NCBI RefSeq assembly: GCF_018350175.1
Contig: NC_058368.1
Location: 96,350,001-96,414,000 of the forward strand
Direction of reading: 5' to 3'
Source: Felis catus
Taxonomy: Eukaryota
Length of the DNA: 64,000 nt
Shown piece after piece: positions 1 to 12,520 of the stretch. A program made the translations under genes and the position numbers. Below the pieces are notes generated by a model. That model was not told the origin of the DNA, made no database searches, and was given only the letters and a program-made list of their open reading frames with translations. The first letter of the stretch is position 1, and each line of letters begins with the position of its first letter.

Positions 1-582
1 AGCATCACTTTTTTTAACATTTAAAAAAAGATGGCTTTTTTTCCTCCTCCTTTCCCGCCTTTTCTTCTGCCTTCCATTATTTTTTATCTAAATGGAACTA
101 CCATTTTTATAGTTAATGAATCAGACTCTACACTCATTAACCTCAGTGAAAAGCATTCTGAAATATTTGAGTACCTAGGTACTATTTGTTTACATTTTCT
201 ATCAAATCTTAACCTCTGGTTCCAAGGACTGGGCAAGTGAACTGATGTTTTAGGACATAAAAAATTCTCCATCTCCAAATATGTTCACACAGATGTATCC
301 CTAATCATCAGACAGTTTTTCTTGTAGCTTGTGATTAACTCTCCATAATTTCCAATAAATAACACTAATACTTTATATAACAGCACAAAAATATTTAATT
401 TGCATTGCACCACTAGAATTTTGAACTTTTGGGTTCAGTGTGAATTCCAAGACCCTAACTCTTACATAAGGGTCACTTCCTGAGTTCTTTGACAGACCCT
501 GAGTGGAGTTTGTCTTCATATCTGACTACTTGGCTGCCTCATTTATCTTTTCTAATACTTTACTTAATAAATACTTATTCTT

Positions 583-770
583 GGGGTGCCTGGGTGGCTC
601 AGTTAGTTAGGCGTCATGATCTCACAGTCCTTGGGTTCAAGCCCTGCCTCGGCCTTTGTGCTGCTGGCTCAGAGCGTGGAGCCTGCTTCAGATTCTGTGT
701 CTCCCTCTCTCTCTGAGCCCCTCCCCTGCTTGTGCTCTCTCTCTTTCAAAAAATGAGTAACATTAAAATA
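583..770 (+). mobile_element. Can-SINE (felid SINEC), small internal deletion in tRNA-like head
   Basis: GGGGTGCCTGGGTGGCTCAG head, GTTCAAGCC B box, CT-rich tract, A-rich tail; GCGTC joined directly to ATGATCTC. Confidence 0.92.
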
Positions 771-899
771 AATAATCTTACTTATAAAAATATTTTATAG
801 TGCTCATTAATTCTTAAGTCCCCAATTGGTGGACAACAATTTTAGTCTAAGCTGTCTGATACATGGGCAGTTACACAACTAAATGCATTTGTGTGTGTG

Positions 900-1510
900 A
901 TTAATACCTGTATTTGATTTATGCAAGTGGCTTTTCTATTATTTTTAATTTTAAGAATTTTCTAACTGATAAAAGTTACAGTTGTAGCTAAGGCTCCACT
1001 CCGTACCATTTGCCCCTTTTTGCCAGGTGGTACTCACTTCCCTCAAGTTGCTCTCTAAAGTTTCCATATATATTTTTATATTTTTTGAGTTAATGTTTAT
1101 ACTCATAAATAAGATATTCTATAATGTTGTAACCTTTTACAACTTGATTCTTTATTTTACATTATGGCAGTTATTTCTGTGTAATAAAGCCATTTTTATA
1201 TCTATGTAACATTTCACCAGTGAATAAACCAGAGTTATCCATTCACCTATTAGTAAAAATTAAGCTGCTTCTAATATATCCATGCTACAATGAACACTGT
1301 TATTCCTGGAGGTTTAAATTAAGCTGAGTAAAACTATGAAGTGCAGTCTTTAACTTTACTAAGAATTTCAAATTATTGTCCAGAGAAGTTACACTAATTT
1401 TACTTGAAATGACAATATGCAAGTGTTCTCATTTCTCAAAACCTTGTCAATATTTTGCATTGTAAAACACTTTGTTGTTCAATGACGAAGGGGTAATGGT
1501 GTGTTTCCAT
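900..1510 (-). mobile_element. Ancient LINE-1 (L1ME-like) 3' fragment
   Basis: Degenerate L1 3'-end motifs in antisense (ttatccattcacctatt, ccagagaagttacactaatttt, ccttgtcaatattttgcattg). Confidence 0.55.
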
Positions 1511-1833
1511 AGCACTGAATCAGAGACAGTCCTACAACTTGTAGTTACAAAAAAGGGGGGAGGGTAAGATGCGAAGGGGAACTTCTGCATGGCTTAAACA
1601 TCCAAGTTCAAAACTGTGGCTTTAATTAAAAAAAAAAAAGAAAAAGTAGGATTATTAGGCCATCATCCATGGATGCAGAAGGTTCCTATTTTTGCATTTA
1701 TGATACAACATACTACTTTAAGTGCTCTGGAAATCCTAATGAGTGTGAATAGATATTTATTTTTATAGTATGAATATTTATGACTGGAAACTTACAGCAT
1801 TACCAACTAGTGGGAGAAAGTGGACTATCTTTT

Positions 1834-2050
1834 TTTTTTTTTTTTTTTTTTCAACGTTTATTTATTTTTGGGACAGAGAGAGAGCATGAACGGGGGAGGG
1901 GCAGAGAGAGAGGGAGACACAGAATCAGAAACAGGCTCCAGGCTCCGAGCCATCAGCCCAGAGCCTGACGCGGGGCTCGAACTCACGGACCGCGAGATTA
2001 TGACCTGGCTGAAGTCGGACGCTTAACCGACTGCGCCACCCAGGCGCCCC
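1834..2050 (-). mobile_element. Young felid Can-SINE, full length
   Basis: CpG-rich body, poly(T) tail, perfect TSD AAAGTGGACTATCTTTT at 1817-1833 and 2052-2068. Confidence 0.97.
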
Positions 2051-2199
2051 TAAAGTGGACTATCTTTTAAGCAAAGCTGCTGTTATTTCATAAAGAAAGT
2101 TACACATATCAGAAAAATATTTTGGCCCCAACTGAAATATGTGTATGTGTGGGTTTTTTTTTAATATTTCATCCCCTTTCCTCGGTATTTTGACAGAGA

Positions 2200-2660
2200 T
2201 ATTCAACTTCTTATTTAATTCCTTCACAGATAATCGACATCCCAATTATTTTCTTCTTTCTCCTCAAGAACTTCATTTTCTCAATCACGTTGCCCTTCTC
2301 CTATCTTTTCCCTTCTCTTACATGAGGTTTTCCACTAACATTTCATCTAAGCTCAAAACTCTTTTTGATTATTACCCTATGTTTTCCACCATTGCCTTCA
2401 TACGCTTAACTCTAAAGAGTAGATTGAAAGAGTAGAAAGAGTAGATTGCCTCTTTAACACTCATTCATTGCACAGGCTGCTTACGGAAATGTGATGTCTG
2501 CCTGCCAGAAGGCTCCAGTGACCAGGGTCTCATGGTGTTTCTCTTTATTAACTTCTAAGGATCCATTTCAACCCCTGTCTTAGTAAAGTGTTTACAGTAT
2601 GTGACACTATTCATTTATCACTCTTTTAAATAAAACATCAGTTATTGGTTGTATTCCTGA
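2200..2660 (+). mobile_element. L2 fragment (ancient)
   Basis: Pyrimidine-rich L2-like motifs (gaccagggtctcatgg...tgacactattcatt); highly degenerate. Confidence 0.4.
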
Positions 2661-2905
2661 TAACATACGTTATACAATTTATTTTAGAATGTTAATTCAC
2701 AAAGTTATTCTTAATCACCTAGAATACAACCATGTGGGACTAATACAATTAATGTTCTTTTTTTTTTTTTTTTTTTTTTTTGCTTTCAGGTCTATTATTA
2801 CTATAATTATCTATAGATATACTGATGTGCACTGCCTTTACACTCAGTGTTTTGAAATTATCATTAAGGGGACTTTGAAAGTTTACTTTCAAAAGTAACA
2901 TTACT

Positions 2906-3045
2906 GGGGCACCTGGGTAGCCCAGTGGGTTGAGCGTCTGACTTCAGCTCAGGTCATGATCTTGCGGTCAGTGGCTTCAAGTCCCGCATCAGGTTCTGTG
3001 CTGACAGTTCCGATTCTGTCTCCCTCTCTCTCTGCCCCTCGCCCA

Positions 3046-3099
<54 letters not shown>

Positions 3100-3120
3100 A
3101 GTAAATAAACATTAACAAAG
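2906..3120 (+). mobile_element. Can-SINE with expanded (CT)n
   Basis: GGGGCACCTGGGTAG head, (CT)n, A tail; degenerate TSD aaaagtaacattact / aaaaggtaacattatt. Confidence 0.95.
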
Positions 3121-3136
3121 AAAAGGTAACATTATT

Positions 3137-5415
3137 GAGAGCAAGGGAAGCTGGCAGAGTAGGAGGATCCTGAGCTCACCACCTCCCACAGACACACCAA
3201 GGCAACAACTACATGTAACACAACTCATTCTGAAAATGACCTGAGAGCTGGCCTAACAGATCTTCCACAACTAGAGGCATAAAGAGAAGGCCCTCATGGA
3301 GAAGGGAAGAAGTGGCAGAGATACATCTGGGAACCAAACACCCAGTATAGTGACCCACAAGCACGAGGGATAACACGAGCTTAAAGGGGCCAGGCGATCA
3401 AGCCCTGCTTCAGGCACTACCACGGGGACCCGCACGAGGAGGATGAGACCTTACATTTTCTGGCTTTGAATATTGGTGGGTCTTTGCTCCAGGAGCTTTG
3501 AACGTTAGTGGGGCTTCACTCCTGGAGAGCCAGGAGGCGATAAGAAACCAAGTCCCCACTCTTAAAGGGCAAGCACACTGCATCATTAGGTCTGAGACCC
3601 AGAATAGAAGAGGCAGTTTTCAAACGAGGGTATACATGAAAATTTATGGACTAATTTTAGAACGCATGCCAGAAGAGCAGGGATGTGCAGGAGTTTCCTC
3701 ACAAATGGAAGTATTGGCAGTTACCGTGTTTTCTTGCCCGCCTTCTGCTTAGCTGGCCACATGCTGCTGAGAGTTCATTCTGACACTTTCCATCTATCTG
3801 CCTATCCAGCTCTGATGCTCCCCTGTAGACCGGTACCATCCAATTTGTTTGCACTGGAAGGTGCTCCTGGAAAGTGGTTCCCGCCCTATCACACACAGGG
3901 GGGAGCCTCAGTTGGCACTAGTGTCCCCCGAGAGTGACTACCATATCGCCAAACCTAGCAGGCACCTAGCAGGGGCTAGAGCCCTGTAAAGTAAGGGATA
4001 CCCTGTGCAGGGGAGGAGTTAGCCCCATGCACTAACACACCAACGTGTTGCTACCAGAGGACGTCTCAGCAAGCGGAATCAGGAGCAAGCACCACCCACC
4101 AGTGTGCCTGCCCCCGTCAGGGCACAGGCACAACAGGTGGGTGCTGGGAGCCCACACAGACAACACCCCTGGAGCACTTTTGTTATTGGCCATCACAAGA
4201 GGCCTTTTACATAAGGCACCAGGAGACAGAGCTGACCTACCTAATGCACAGTCACAAACACAGAGAGTCAGACAAAGCAATGAGATAAAGGAGTATGTTC
4301 TAAATGAAAGAATAAGACAGAAACACAGGCTAAATGGAGATCAACAACCTGCTTCATATAGCTTTCCAACTAATGGTCATAACCATTCTCACCAGTCCTG
4401 AGACAAGAATGGATGAACTCACTGAGAATATCAACAGAGATAGAAAAAAAAAAAAACAAAACAATAATTACTCAGAGCAGAAGCATACAATAAATGAAAT
4501 GGAAAATACAGCAGAGGGAATCAACAGCAGATTACAGGATGCCAGATAATGAGTCAGCAATCTGGAAGACAGGGTAGTGGAAAGCAATTAAGGTGAAGAG
4601 AAAAGAAAAAAAAAAAAAGATTTAAAAACTGAAGATAGGGAAAAGTAAAAAATTAAAAATAAATAAAAAAATAAAAATGAAGATAGATTAAGCGACCTCT
4701 CCACCCACATCAAGCATAATACCATTCACACTGTGGAGATCCCCAAAGAAGATAGAGTGAAGGGGGCAGAAAACTGATTTGAAAGGAACTAGTAACTGAA
4801 GACTTCCCTAACCTGGAAAAGGAAGCAGACATCCAGGTCCAGGAAGCACAGAACACCCTCATAAAGACGAACCCTAGGAGGTTCACACCCAAACACATAA
4901 TCATTTAAATGGCAAAAAGAAAAGGCAATAACTAGAACTAAAATAACTATGAAATGAAAATTGTTCACTAATGAGAACAAACAAACAATAAAGGTGGTGT
5001 ATCATTTGCTTATAAACCTGGTACAAAGGTTAAAAGTAGTAAAATTACTCATATCTATAAAAATTAGTCAAGGGACACAAAAAATAAAAAGGTAAAGTGT
5101 GACATCATATACATAAACTGTGGAGGGAAGAATAAAAACTAAGTGCTTTTAGAATGCATTCAAACTTAAGCAATTATCAACTTAATGTAGGCTGTTCTAT
5201 AATTAGGATATTATATATGAAATTCATGGTAAACAAACTGAAAACTTCAGTAGGGCACAAAAATAAAGGAAAGGAATCCAAGCATAATATTAAAGAAAGT
5301 CATCAAATCACAAAGGAGAAATCAAGAAGAAAGAGACAAGAAGAACTACAAATATAACAGTAAAACAATCAACAAAATGGCAGTAAGTATATACCTATCA
5401 GTAATTGTTTTAAAT
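3137..5415 (+). mobile_element. LINE-1 5' portion (5' UTR, degenerate ORF1 with deletion, long inter-ORF spacer, first codons of ORF2); L1MA9/L1_Carn-like
   Basis: Colinear with the paralogous copy at 51962-54900; ORF1-like sequence (gacttccctaacctggaaaaggaagcagacatccaggtccagg); ends at ORF2 start ATGGCAGTAAGTATATACCTATCAGTAATT. Confidence 0.85.
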
Positions 5416-5425
5416 TTGTTTCGAT

Positions 5426-5649
5426 GTTTTTTTTTTTAATTTTTTTTTAACGTTTATTATTGAGAGACAGAGAGACACAGAGCATGAGCAGGGTAGGGGC
5501 CGAGAGACGGAGAGACACAGAATCTGAAGTAGGCTCCAGGCTCCGAACTGTCAGCACAGAGCCCGATGCGGGGCTCGAACCCACGGACTGTGAGATCATG
5601 ACCTGAGCCGAGGTCGGATGCTCAACCGACTGAGCCACCCAGGCGCCCC
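5426..5649 (-). mobile_element. Can-SINE nested in the tail of an older SINE
   Basis: Full body ending GGCGCCCC; flanked by tcgatgttt / tcaatgttt. Confidence 0.93.
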
Positions 5650-5869
5650 TCAATGTTTATTTTTGAGAGAGAGAGAGAGAGAGAGAGAACGAGCACGTGG
5701 GTGGGGGGGGGAGGGGTAGGAGAGAGACGGGGAGAAAGAGAATCCCAAGTAGGCTCCACACTGTCAGCTCGCAGCCTGATGCGGGGCTTGAACCCATGAA
5801 CTGTGAGATCATGACCTAAGCTGATATCAACAGTCAGATGCTTAATCAACTGAGCCACCCAGGCACCCC
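5650..5869 (-). mobile_element. Older Can-SINE subfamily
   Basis: gagaatcccaagtaggctccacactgtcagc body; ends GGCACCCC. Confidence 0.92.
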
Positions 5870-5989
5870 TTGTTTTTAACTTACCAAAATTATTTTAAAT
5901 TTAATGAGGAAGGATTTATAACATTACAATACTAAGTTTTTCAACTTTGAGATATATAGATATATATATGTTTCATTTTCTTCTTTTTT

Positions 5990-6540
5990 TGTTTTCAGTT
6001 TCTGCTAGTTTGTTTTTGGTATCATATTTATTTTTCCTTTTCTTTGGAATATGTGTAATGTACTTTTGCTATTGTGAAGAAATCTTTCAGTAAATGTCCA
6101 ATGGGTTGTTACAATTTTAATAAAGCCTATGGAATGTCTGTATTTATAGTGTTTCTACTACATTAAACAATTAAAATTTTTAAGGTATTGATTCTCCAAT
6201 TATATTGAAATAATATTTGAAATAATACACTTTTCCTCACTTTTATACCTCTGTAGCTGTTCAGGGCTTATTGCTTTCTGTACACCTTCTAAGGCAATAT
6301 TAAATAGTAATATCATTAGCAGGTGTACTCAACTTATTACTGATATTAATGGAAATGCTGAGTTTAGAGTCATTGTATGTGAGGATGACTGGGATAAAGA
6401 TCATTTGTCATGTTAAAGAAATAACCATTATTCCTAACATTAAAACTCTTAAAATAATCAACAATAATTCAAGTGTTTTTAAGTATTTATTAATAAAATG
6501 ACTATAGTAATGTAACTAGTAATAAATTTATATTAAAATA
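5990..6540 (-). mobile_element. Ancient LINE-1 ORF2 fragment
   Basis: Antisense ORF2-like motifs (ggtattgattctccaat, aatattaaatagtaat, atcatttgtcatgttaaagaa). Confidence 0.5.
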
Positions 6541-6545
6541 TCCTT

Positions 6546-6693
6546 GGGGCACCTGGGTGGCTCAGTTAGTTAAGTGTCTGACTTCGGCTCAGGACATGAC
6601 ATCACTTACAGTCATATAAGTTCAAGCCCCACATCGGGCTCTGTGCTGACAGCTCAGAGGCTGCTTCGGATTCTGTGTCTCCCTCTGTCTCTG

Positions 6694-6739
<46 letters not shown>

Positions 6740-6766
6740 AAAAATAAACAAACATTACAAAAAATA
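6546..6766 (+). mobile_element. Can-SINE
   Basis: GGGGCACCTGGGTGGCTCAG head, (CT)n, AATAAACA tail. Confidence 0.95.
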
Positions 6767-6999
6767 AAAAATTCTTAAACCAACATTGAATGAATAGGTT
6801 AAAATTTGCATCCTGGATTTCCACATACTCAAAGGAAATAGCGGCCCCTGTATATCTCTCAAGTATACCCTGAAAAGAAGGAAAAAAATATGAAGATCGT
6901 GCTTTCAGAATAACCTGAAGATACAGGATTCCTAAATATCAAAAATAATAATAATAATTAAAAAGAGGAAAAACACTACAGCCCAGAGCATGATCTTTT

Positions 7000-7545
7000 T
7001 ATGTCACTTCTCTACCTCATGTGAGCCACAAGCCTTAAATGACGAAAAGCGGATCCTTTCAGAGCAAAAAGAGAAATCCCTAGCCAGATTAAATAGGAAA
7101 TAAAAGAGAAGATACATATTAGTAACATCAGGGGTGCCTAAATGGCTCAGTACATTGAGCATCCAACTCTTGATTTCGGCTCAGGTCATGATCTCAGGGT
7201 CATTAAATCGGTACCTACATTGGGCTCCATGGCTGAGTGTGGAGCCTGTGTTAATATTCTCTTTCCTTCTCTCTCTGCCTCCCCCAACCCCACTTGCTCT
7301 CTCTTGGAAAAAAAAATGGTAATAACATCACTAGGGTTTCTGGTCATGGTCCTCACTATGCAAGAAGGGGAGAAAACTATGCATCAGGAGAAGGTAAGGG
7401 AGAAGCCTGTGGGGATGCGCTGATTTAGTATCAGTACCAAGTCACAGCTAAATCTCTTAGCTTTGGCCTTTGGAAGGGCCTAGAAGCAATGACAGCCCAG
7501 TATGAATGAGCCCACCTTGCACCGAGATCTCGGTTTCAAAACAAG
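7000..7545 (+). mobile_element. L1MC/L1MD-like 3' UTR fragment, interrupted by a SINE
   Basis: gaagggcctagaagcaatgacagcccagtatgaatgagcccaccttgcaccgagatctcggtttc resembles the L1MC/MD 3' UTR consensus as recalled. Confidence 0.5.
7131..7317 (+). mobile_element. Older Can-SINE
   Basis: GGGGTGCCTAAATGGCTCAG head; TSD tagtaacatca / taataacatca. Confidence 0.9.
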
Positions 7546-7666
7546 TATTTCAAAGGCTGTTGCAGAGTTTTATCATTACTCACAAGCAGGTCACATAGAA
7601 AAAGAATAACATAACTGAGACAAGACTGTAACATATTATTTGGGTTAAGTCCAGAAATCAACTCAC

Positions 7667-7740
7667 AGTCTTTAGTGTTTCCTCCACCAAGTGCTTAGTA
7701 GTAGATTCCCGACCACAGCCACTGATCCACTGTATTAGAG
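7667..7740 (-). other. Candidate 74-bp spliced exon (unverified)
   Basis: Minus strand: long poly(T) then AAG| acceptor (7741-7742) and ACT|GTGAGT donor (7661-7666); one open frame (LIQWISGCGRESTTKHLVEETLKT); protein not recognised. Confidence 0.3.
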
Positions 7741-9879
7741 CTTAAAAAAAAAAAAAAAATCACAAAACTGTCTACAGTCAAATCTCTTATTCAAATTCCA
7801 AGATTTTGGAGTTGTAATTCAGTCCCAGAACGAATAAAAACCATATTGTTTGTAACTTCGGAATGAGACCGCACATGTTCTCTTGTTTTTAAAATGAACG
7901 TTCCTCTCGTTCATTTAGTCGATGAATGGTGATAAATTTACATGTATGTCATTTTGCCCTTGAATTTATCACTAGTGTGTATTTAAATTGGTTTTTCCTA
8001 GGAGGCAAGAACCATGTTAAATTGATCTATCTACGACTCAACACAACAGATAATTTAATGAATTTTGCCTTAATGATAATGATGGCTTAAAAACACTACA
8101 AAATTGGAAGTTTCCAGATTTGCCTCCTCTTACGTCTGATGGTCATTGCATTGATTGTGATGAACAGATGGTGTGTGGAGATTCATAAGCTATTTCACAC
8201 AGAGATGATACTCTTTCGCAGCTTACCTCAGCCTCAAATATCACATAACCTTATGGTTTTTGTGGGGTTTTTTTGAATGATAAATATTGCCAGGCCTTCC
8301 AAAGAATGCTGCTAGCTTTTAAAAATCTTATCAACAAAATATAACAGCGATCAGGAACAAAATGTTAAAAGGATAACGGTCATATAAATTCCGGTGAGCA
8401 TGTGTCCAAGTGTTGTTTGAGTCATTAACAATGAACCAACAGAATGACCATAAAGGTTTAAGAGGGCAAAAAAAAAAAAAAAGATATAAAATAATAAGTG
8501 AAAAAGTTTTGGAAAAACATAGCTTGGATTTTAAAAATGATTACTAAAATCATAACCTTGGGGATTATCTTCTCTGTAAAGACAGAAATCAATGACATCA
8601 ACCTTGTCTGAAAAACAACTTGCCTGTTATCTATTTTCCTCGAGTTAATCTCTAACTTTACAGAATCTGGGTGCTGATTAGTAGTCAACAGTAAGTCTGG
8701 TAAGTCACATTCTCTTAGAAATTCAGATGACCTAGATTGATAATTCAGTGCTTTAGTATGACACTGAAGGAACAGAAAACCATTCCGTGCCTTGTTTCCA
8801 GGTTTTAGTTAACTTTAAATAAAATATTATATTTATTTTGAATATTAAATATAACATCAATAAATGATTGTGTAATACACAACCAACTGCTTCCCTAAGT
8901 TCTCCTAAAAGTAAACTATTTTCCAGGAGTTTAATTTAAACTACTATGCCAACCTGTATACTAACCAAAGAATGTTAGTTACCACTTTTTTGGGTTTGCT
9001 ATGTAATCTTAGTCTAGTCAAAGAAGTCAAACAGTAAAACTGAAATTGAGCATACTATAAGGTACCATTAATGCTCATTCAGTAGTGTAACATATGATAG
9101 CTCTATGATAAGTATGAAGGTACCTCTAGGTTGTTTCCAATTTATTATCCTCAGAAGACTTGCTGAAAAATTAGAATTTATACTTGCTTCACACTTTAGA
9201 AAATACTCTAGACACGGTACTTTTGCAGTAAGTACAAATTCTCTGTAGCAGAATTTCTTAATTTTTACAATTAGTTTTCATCTTGAGAAAATAAATCTTC
9301 TCAAATTGCCTTTGATGGTTCTAAAATAGTATCCCCACACTAGTTTTTGGATACTGTTTGCACTTTTGTTCTGTTTTCCCGACCACATTTGAATGTCTAT
9401 GGTTTTTCTCAATGATGTAAACTCATTTGTTATGATAGTAGCTTCGCGTATGGGTCACTGGCATGATTTGGTTCATTTATTTTCTTGATGGCTGAGATTC
9501 GTGTTTATGTTTCTTTGGAAAAAGAACACATGATTCCAAAAGTGTTACAAGGAGGAATGTGTTACATGTTCAGTTTAGGATACTAATCTTGAGTGAGTTC
9601 CTTTAAATTGCTGTCATAATAAATTGCCTGTTGCTTTCCAAAGCTAATCAGAGCTAAACAGTGCTCCTATTAAGCTCAATTTCCAGTTTCAGACATGTCG
9701 GGGCATTTGAAATGATGCATTGCTTTTCTGTTTAGTCAGGTAATTAAAAGATGCATTTATATCCATATGATATATTTAATAAATGAAGAAATAATATGTT
9801 TAAAGCCTTAAATTATTTTTCACCAGCTCAGAGAAAACGAAGAAGCTTTAGCGCAGGTTACTATTAGATTAACATTTTA

Positions 9880-10093
9880 ATAATTTTTTTTTTAACGTTT
9901 ATTTATTTTTGGGACAGAGAGAGACAGAGCATGAACGGGGGAGGGGCAGAGAGAGAGGGAGACAGAATCGGAAACAGGCTCCAGGCTCCGAGCCATCAGC
10001 CCAGAGCCTGACGTGGGGCTCGAACTCACGGACCGCGAGATCGTGACCTGGCTGGAGTCGGACGCTTAACCGACTGCGCCACCCAGGCGCCCC
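9880..10093 (-). mobile_element. Young felid Can-SINE
   Basis: CpG-rich body; TSD tagattaacatttta / tagatcaacatttta. Confidence 0.96.
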
Positions 10094-10423
10094 TAGATCA
10101 ACATTTTAGTTAAAAGATCTCTATCTTAGTTATTATTAGCTTCGTTAGCCCAGCGCCATTTCATTCTTTTTTGGTGACCTACTAAAACTATTTCCAATCA
10201 AACATTTTTAAATGCACAGTTCCTGTTATAGACTCTAGCCAGAAATCCTTTTTAACACAACAGTGTTAATATGAAAATTTTCTGGAATCCCATCTACTCT
10301 GTTTTCAGCAATTGGGCTATTATTGTTGACTAACATTACAAAACCTTATATACATGAGTTGTATGCTTCCAAAGAATGTTTACAAGGCTGGAATTTAGGG
10401 CCACAAATAAATCTTTCATTATT

Positions 10424-10463
10424 TTTTTATATTAAAAATTTTTTTTAATGTTTATTTATTTTT

Positions 10464-10501
<38 letters not shown>

Positions 10502-10666
10502 CTGAGCCGAGCAGGGGCAGAGAGAGAGGGAGACACAGAATCAGAGGCAGGGTCCAGGCTCCCAGCTGTCAGCAAAGAGCCTATGTGGGGCTCCACCTCA
10601 TGAACTGTGAGATCATGACCTGAGCTGAAGTTGGACACTTAACCGAATGAGCCACCCAGGTGCCCC
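10424..10666 (-). mobile_element. Can-SINE
   Basis: Antisense body with (GA)n tract, ends GGTGCCCC. Confidence 0.94.
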
Positions 10667-10799
10667 CATTATTATTAATGTCAGAAATAGCACACATGGC
10701 TTCTGAATCCGCCTTTCACCAAAGCCTGAAATTAACAATAGATGGAAAATATTTTAAAATTCAAACACTTGGAAACGTAAACACAGAAAATGCTAGAGG

Positions 10800-11005
10800 T
10801 GGGTGATCTAGTATATAAGCTACTACCGTACGTGTGACTGCATGTAAATCAATTAAAACGAAATAAAATGAAAAATTCCATTCCTCCGTTATACTAGCCA
10901 CGTTTGAAGTATTCAGTAGGCACACGTGTCTACTACCTATATCATTACAGAGTGAAAGTACACAACATTCATCATTGCAGAATGTCTTACTGGTCCTGAG
11001 CTACA
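10800..11005 (-). mobile_element. MER3-like hAT-Charlie MITE
   Basis: aattaaaacgaaataaaatgaaaaattccattcctccgttatactagccacgtttgaagtattcagtagg matches reverse MER3 consensus as recalled. Confidence 0.7.
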
Positions 11006-11396
11006 GCTGCCAGTATCAGCTTCTCTGTTCGACTGACTTTGATATGTGTTAACTTTTATTCCAATTTTATCTATACCAAGTCAGTGTTTGAACAGAGGCA
11101 TGAACTATCTTTATAAGGTACAGATACTCATTTTTATCTGTTGAGAAACCTTATAATACAACCTTTTTGCATGTTTTTTTTTCCTGGCAGGAACTAAAAG
11201 GGATATATTAAAATTTGCCATAAATTGGCTTCCTGTTAATTCACACTTGCATTTTTAAGTCTTTCCTTAAATGTTATATTGCCAATTTATTTCATGCATA
11301 AAACCGGGAAGCTGTAATAGCTTCAGAATGACTTGTGACTTTCGTTGATCACCAAACTCATCTTTGTCCTATTTCTCTGTAGCCAGAAAAAACCAG

Positions 11397-11612
11397 GGGG
11401 CGCCTGGGTAGCTTGGTTAAGCTTCAGACTTTGGTTTAGGTCATGATCACGTAGCTCATGAGTTTGAGCCCCGCATCCGGCTCTAAGCTGATAGGCTGCT
11501 TCCGATTCTGTATCTCCCTTTCTGTCTGCCCTCCCCCACTCACACGCTGTCTCTTTGTCTGTCTCTCTCCAAAATAAATAAACATTAACATTTTTTAAAT
11601 AAAATTAAAAAA
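11397..11612 (+). mobile_element. Can-SINE (diverged)
   Basis: GGGGCGCCTGGGTAGC head, GTTTGAGCCCC B box, AATAAATAAACATT tail. Confidence 0.92.
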
Positions 11613-12189
11613 AATCCACTATGAGTATCATGCTCCTCCTTAGCTGTGAACTATGTTATAAAGCAAAAAAAAAAAAAAAAAAAGGAAAAAAATTAGAAAC
11701 AAGTTTTCATTTCCCTTTATTTCCTACTGTGACTTGGAAGTTAGAATCCAGTTTTTAATTCCGCTAATTTGTAGATAAATGTGTGCCTAATGTCACAAGC
11801 AACCATGCCAGCTTCAGATCTTTCTGCTTCCACACCTGTGCCAGTATTTAAATGAAATTGTGTAATTCAGTATTTCCCAAACCTGTACTGAGTTTCCTAT
11901 TTGCTTTTTTTTGTTTTCAGCCTTCCTTCTCTCCAGAATTCCCACCTTACCATGTTCCACTGTTCCTATTATTCCAGGTAGTAATATTCCTAACAATCCT
12001 TGAGTCCTTCTTATTTAGGTAATTCATTGATTTATTCTCCATCTAGTCCATAAGCTTCTTGAAAGTAGAAATTTGTAAGTTACTGGTCTATGTTATTATC
12101 ATGGAACTAAGTATATATTAGGTGTTTAATACACATTCGGGAGATTTAAGTGACTATTATCAAAGTGTCAGTCTACAATGAAAGACAGC

Positions 12190-12520
12190 CATTACCTTTC
12201 AAAACAGGAAACTTACAGAAAAGTAGCAGAATGGTAAATGTTTTACTCAACAAAAACTTCAAACAGAGTAATATACAAGGAATACATGGAAAAATGTAAG
12301 TTTCCATATCTGGTAATTAACCTCAAGCTGATAAATGTTCTCCTTTTGCCATACTTGCTCCAGATCTTTTCTTTTGAAATAAACCATACAGATCTAGTTG
12401 GACTGCCCTTTACAAACTTCCCCAGTCCCATTTCCCTCTGTCCTTCCCCTTCAAGAGCTACTGTCCTGGATTTGGTATGTCTCCTCATTTGTGTTTTAAC
12501 TTTGGTAGTATTATGTTTTT
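12190..12520 (-). mobile_element. Ancient L1ME 3'-end fragment
   Basis: acttacagaaaagtag...ttttgccatacttgctccagatc...cccatttccctc...ctactgtcctggatttgg pattern. Confidence 0.45.
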
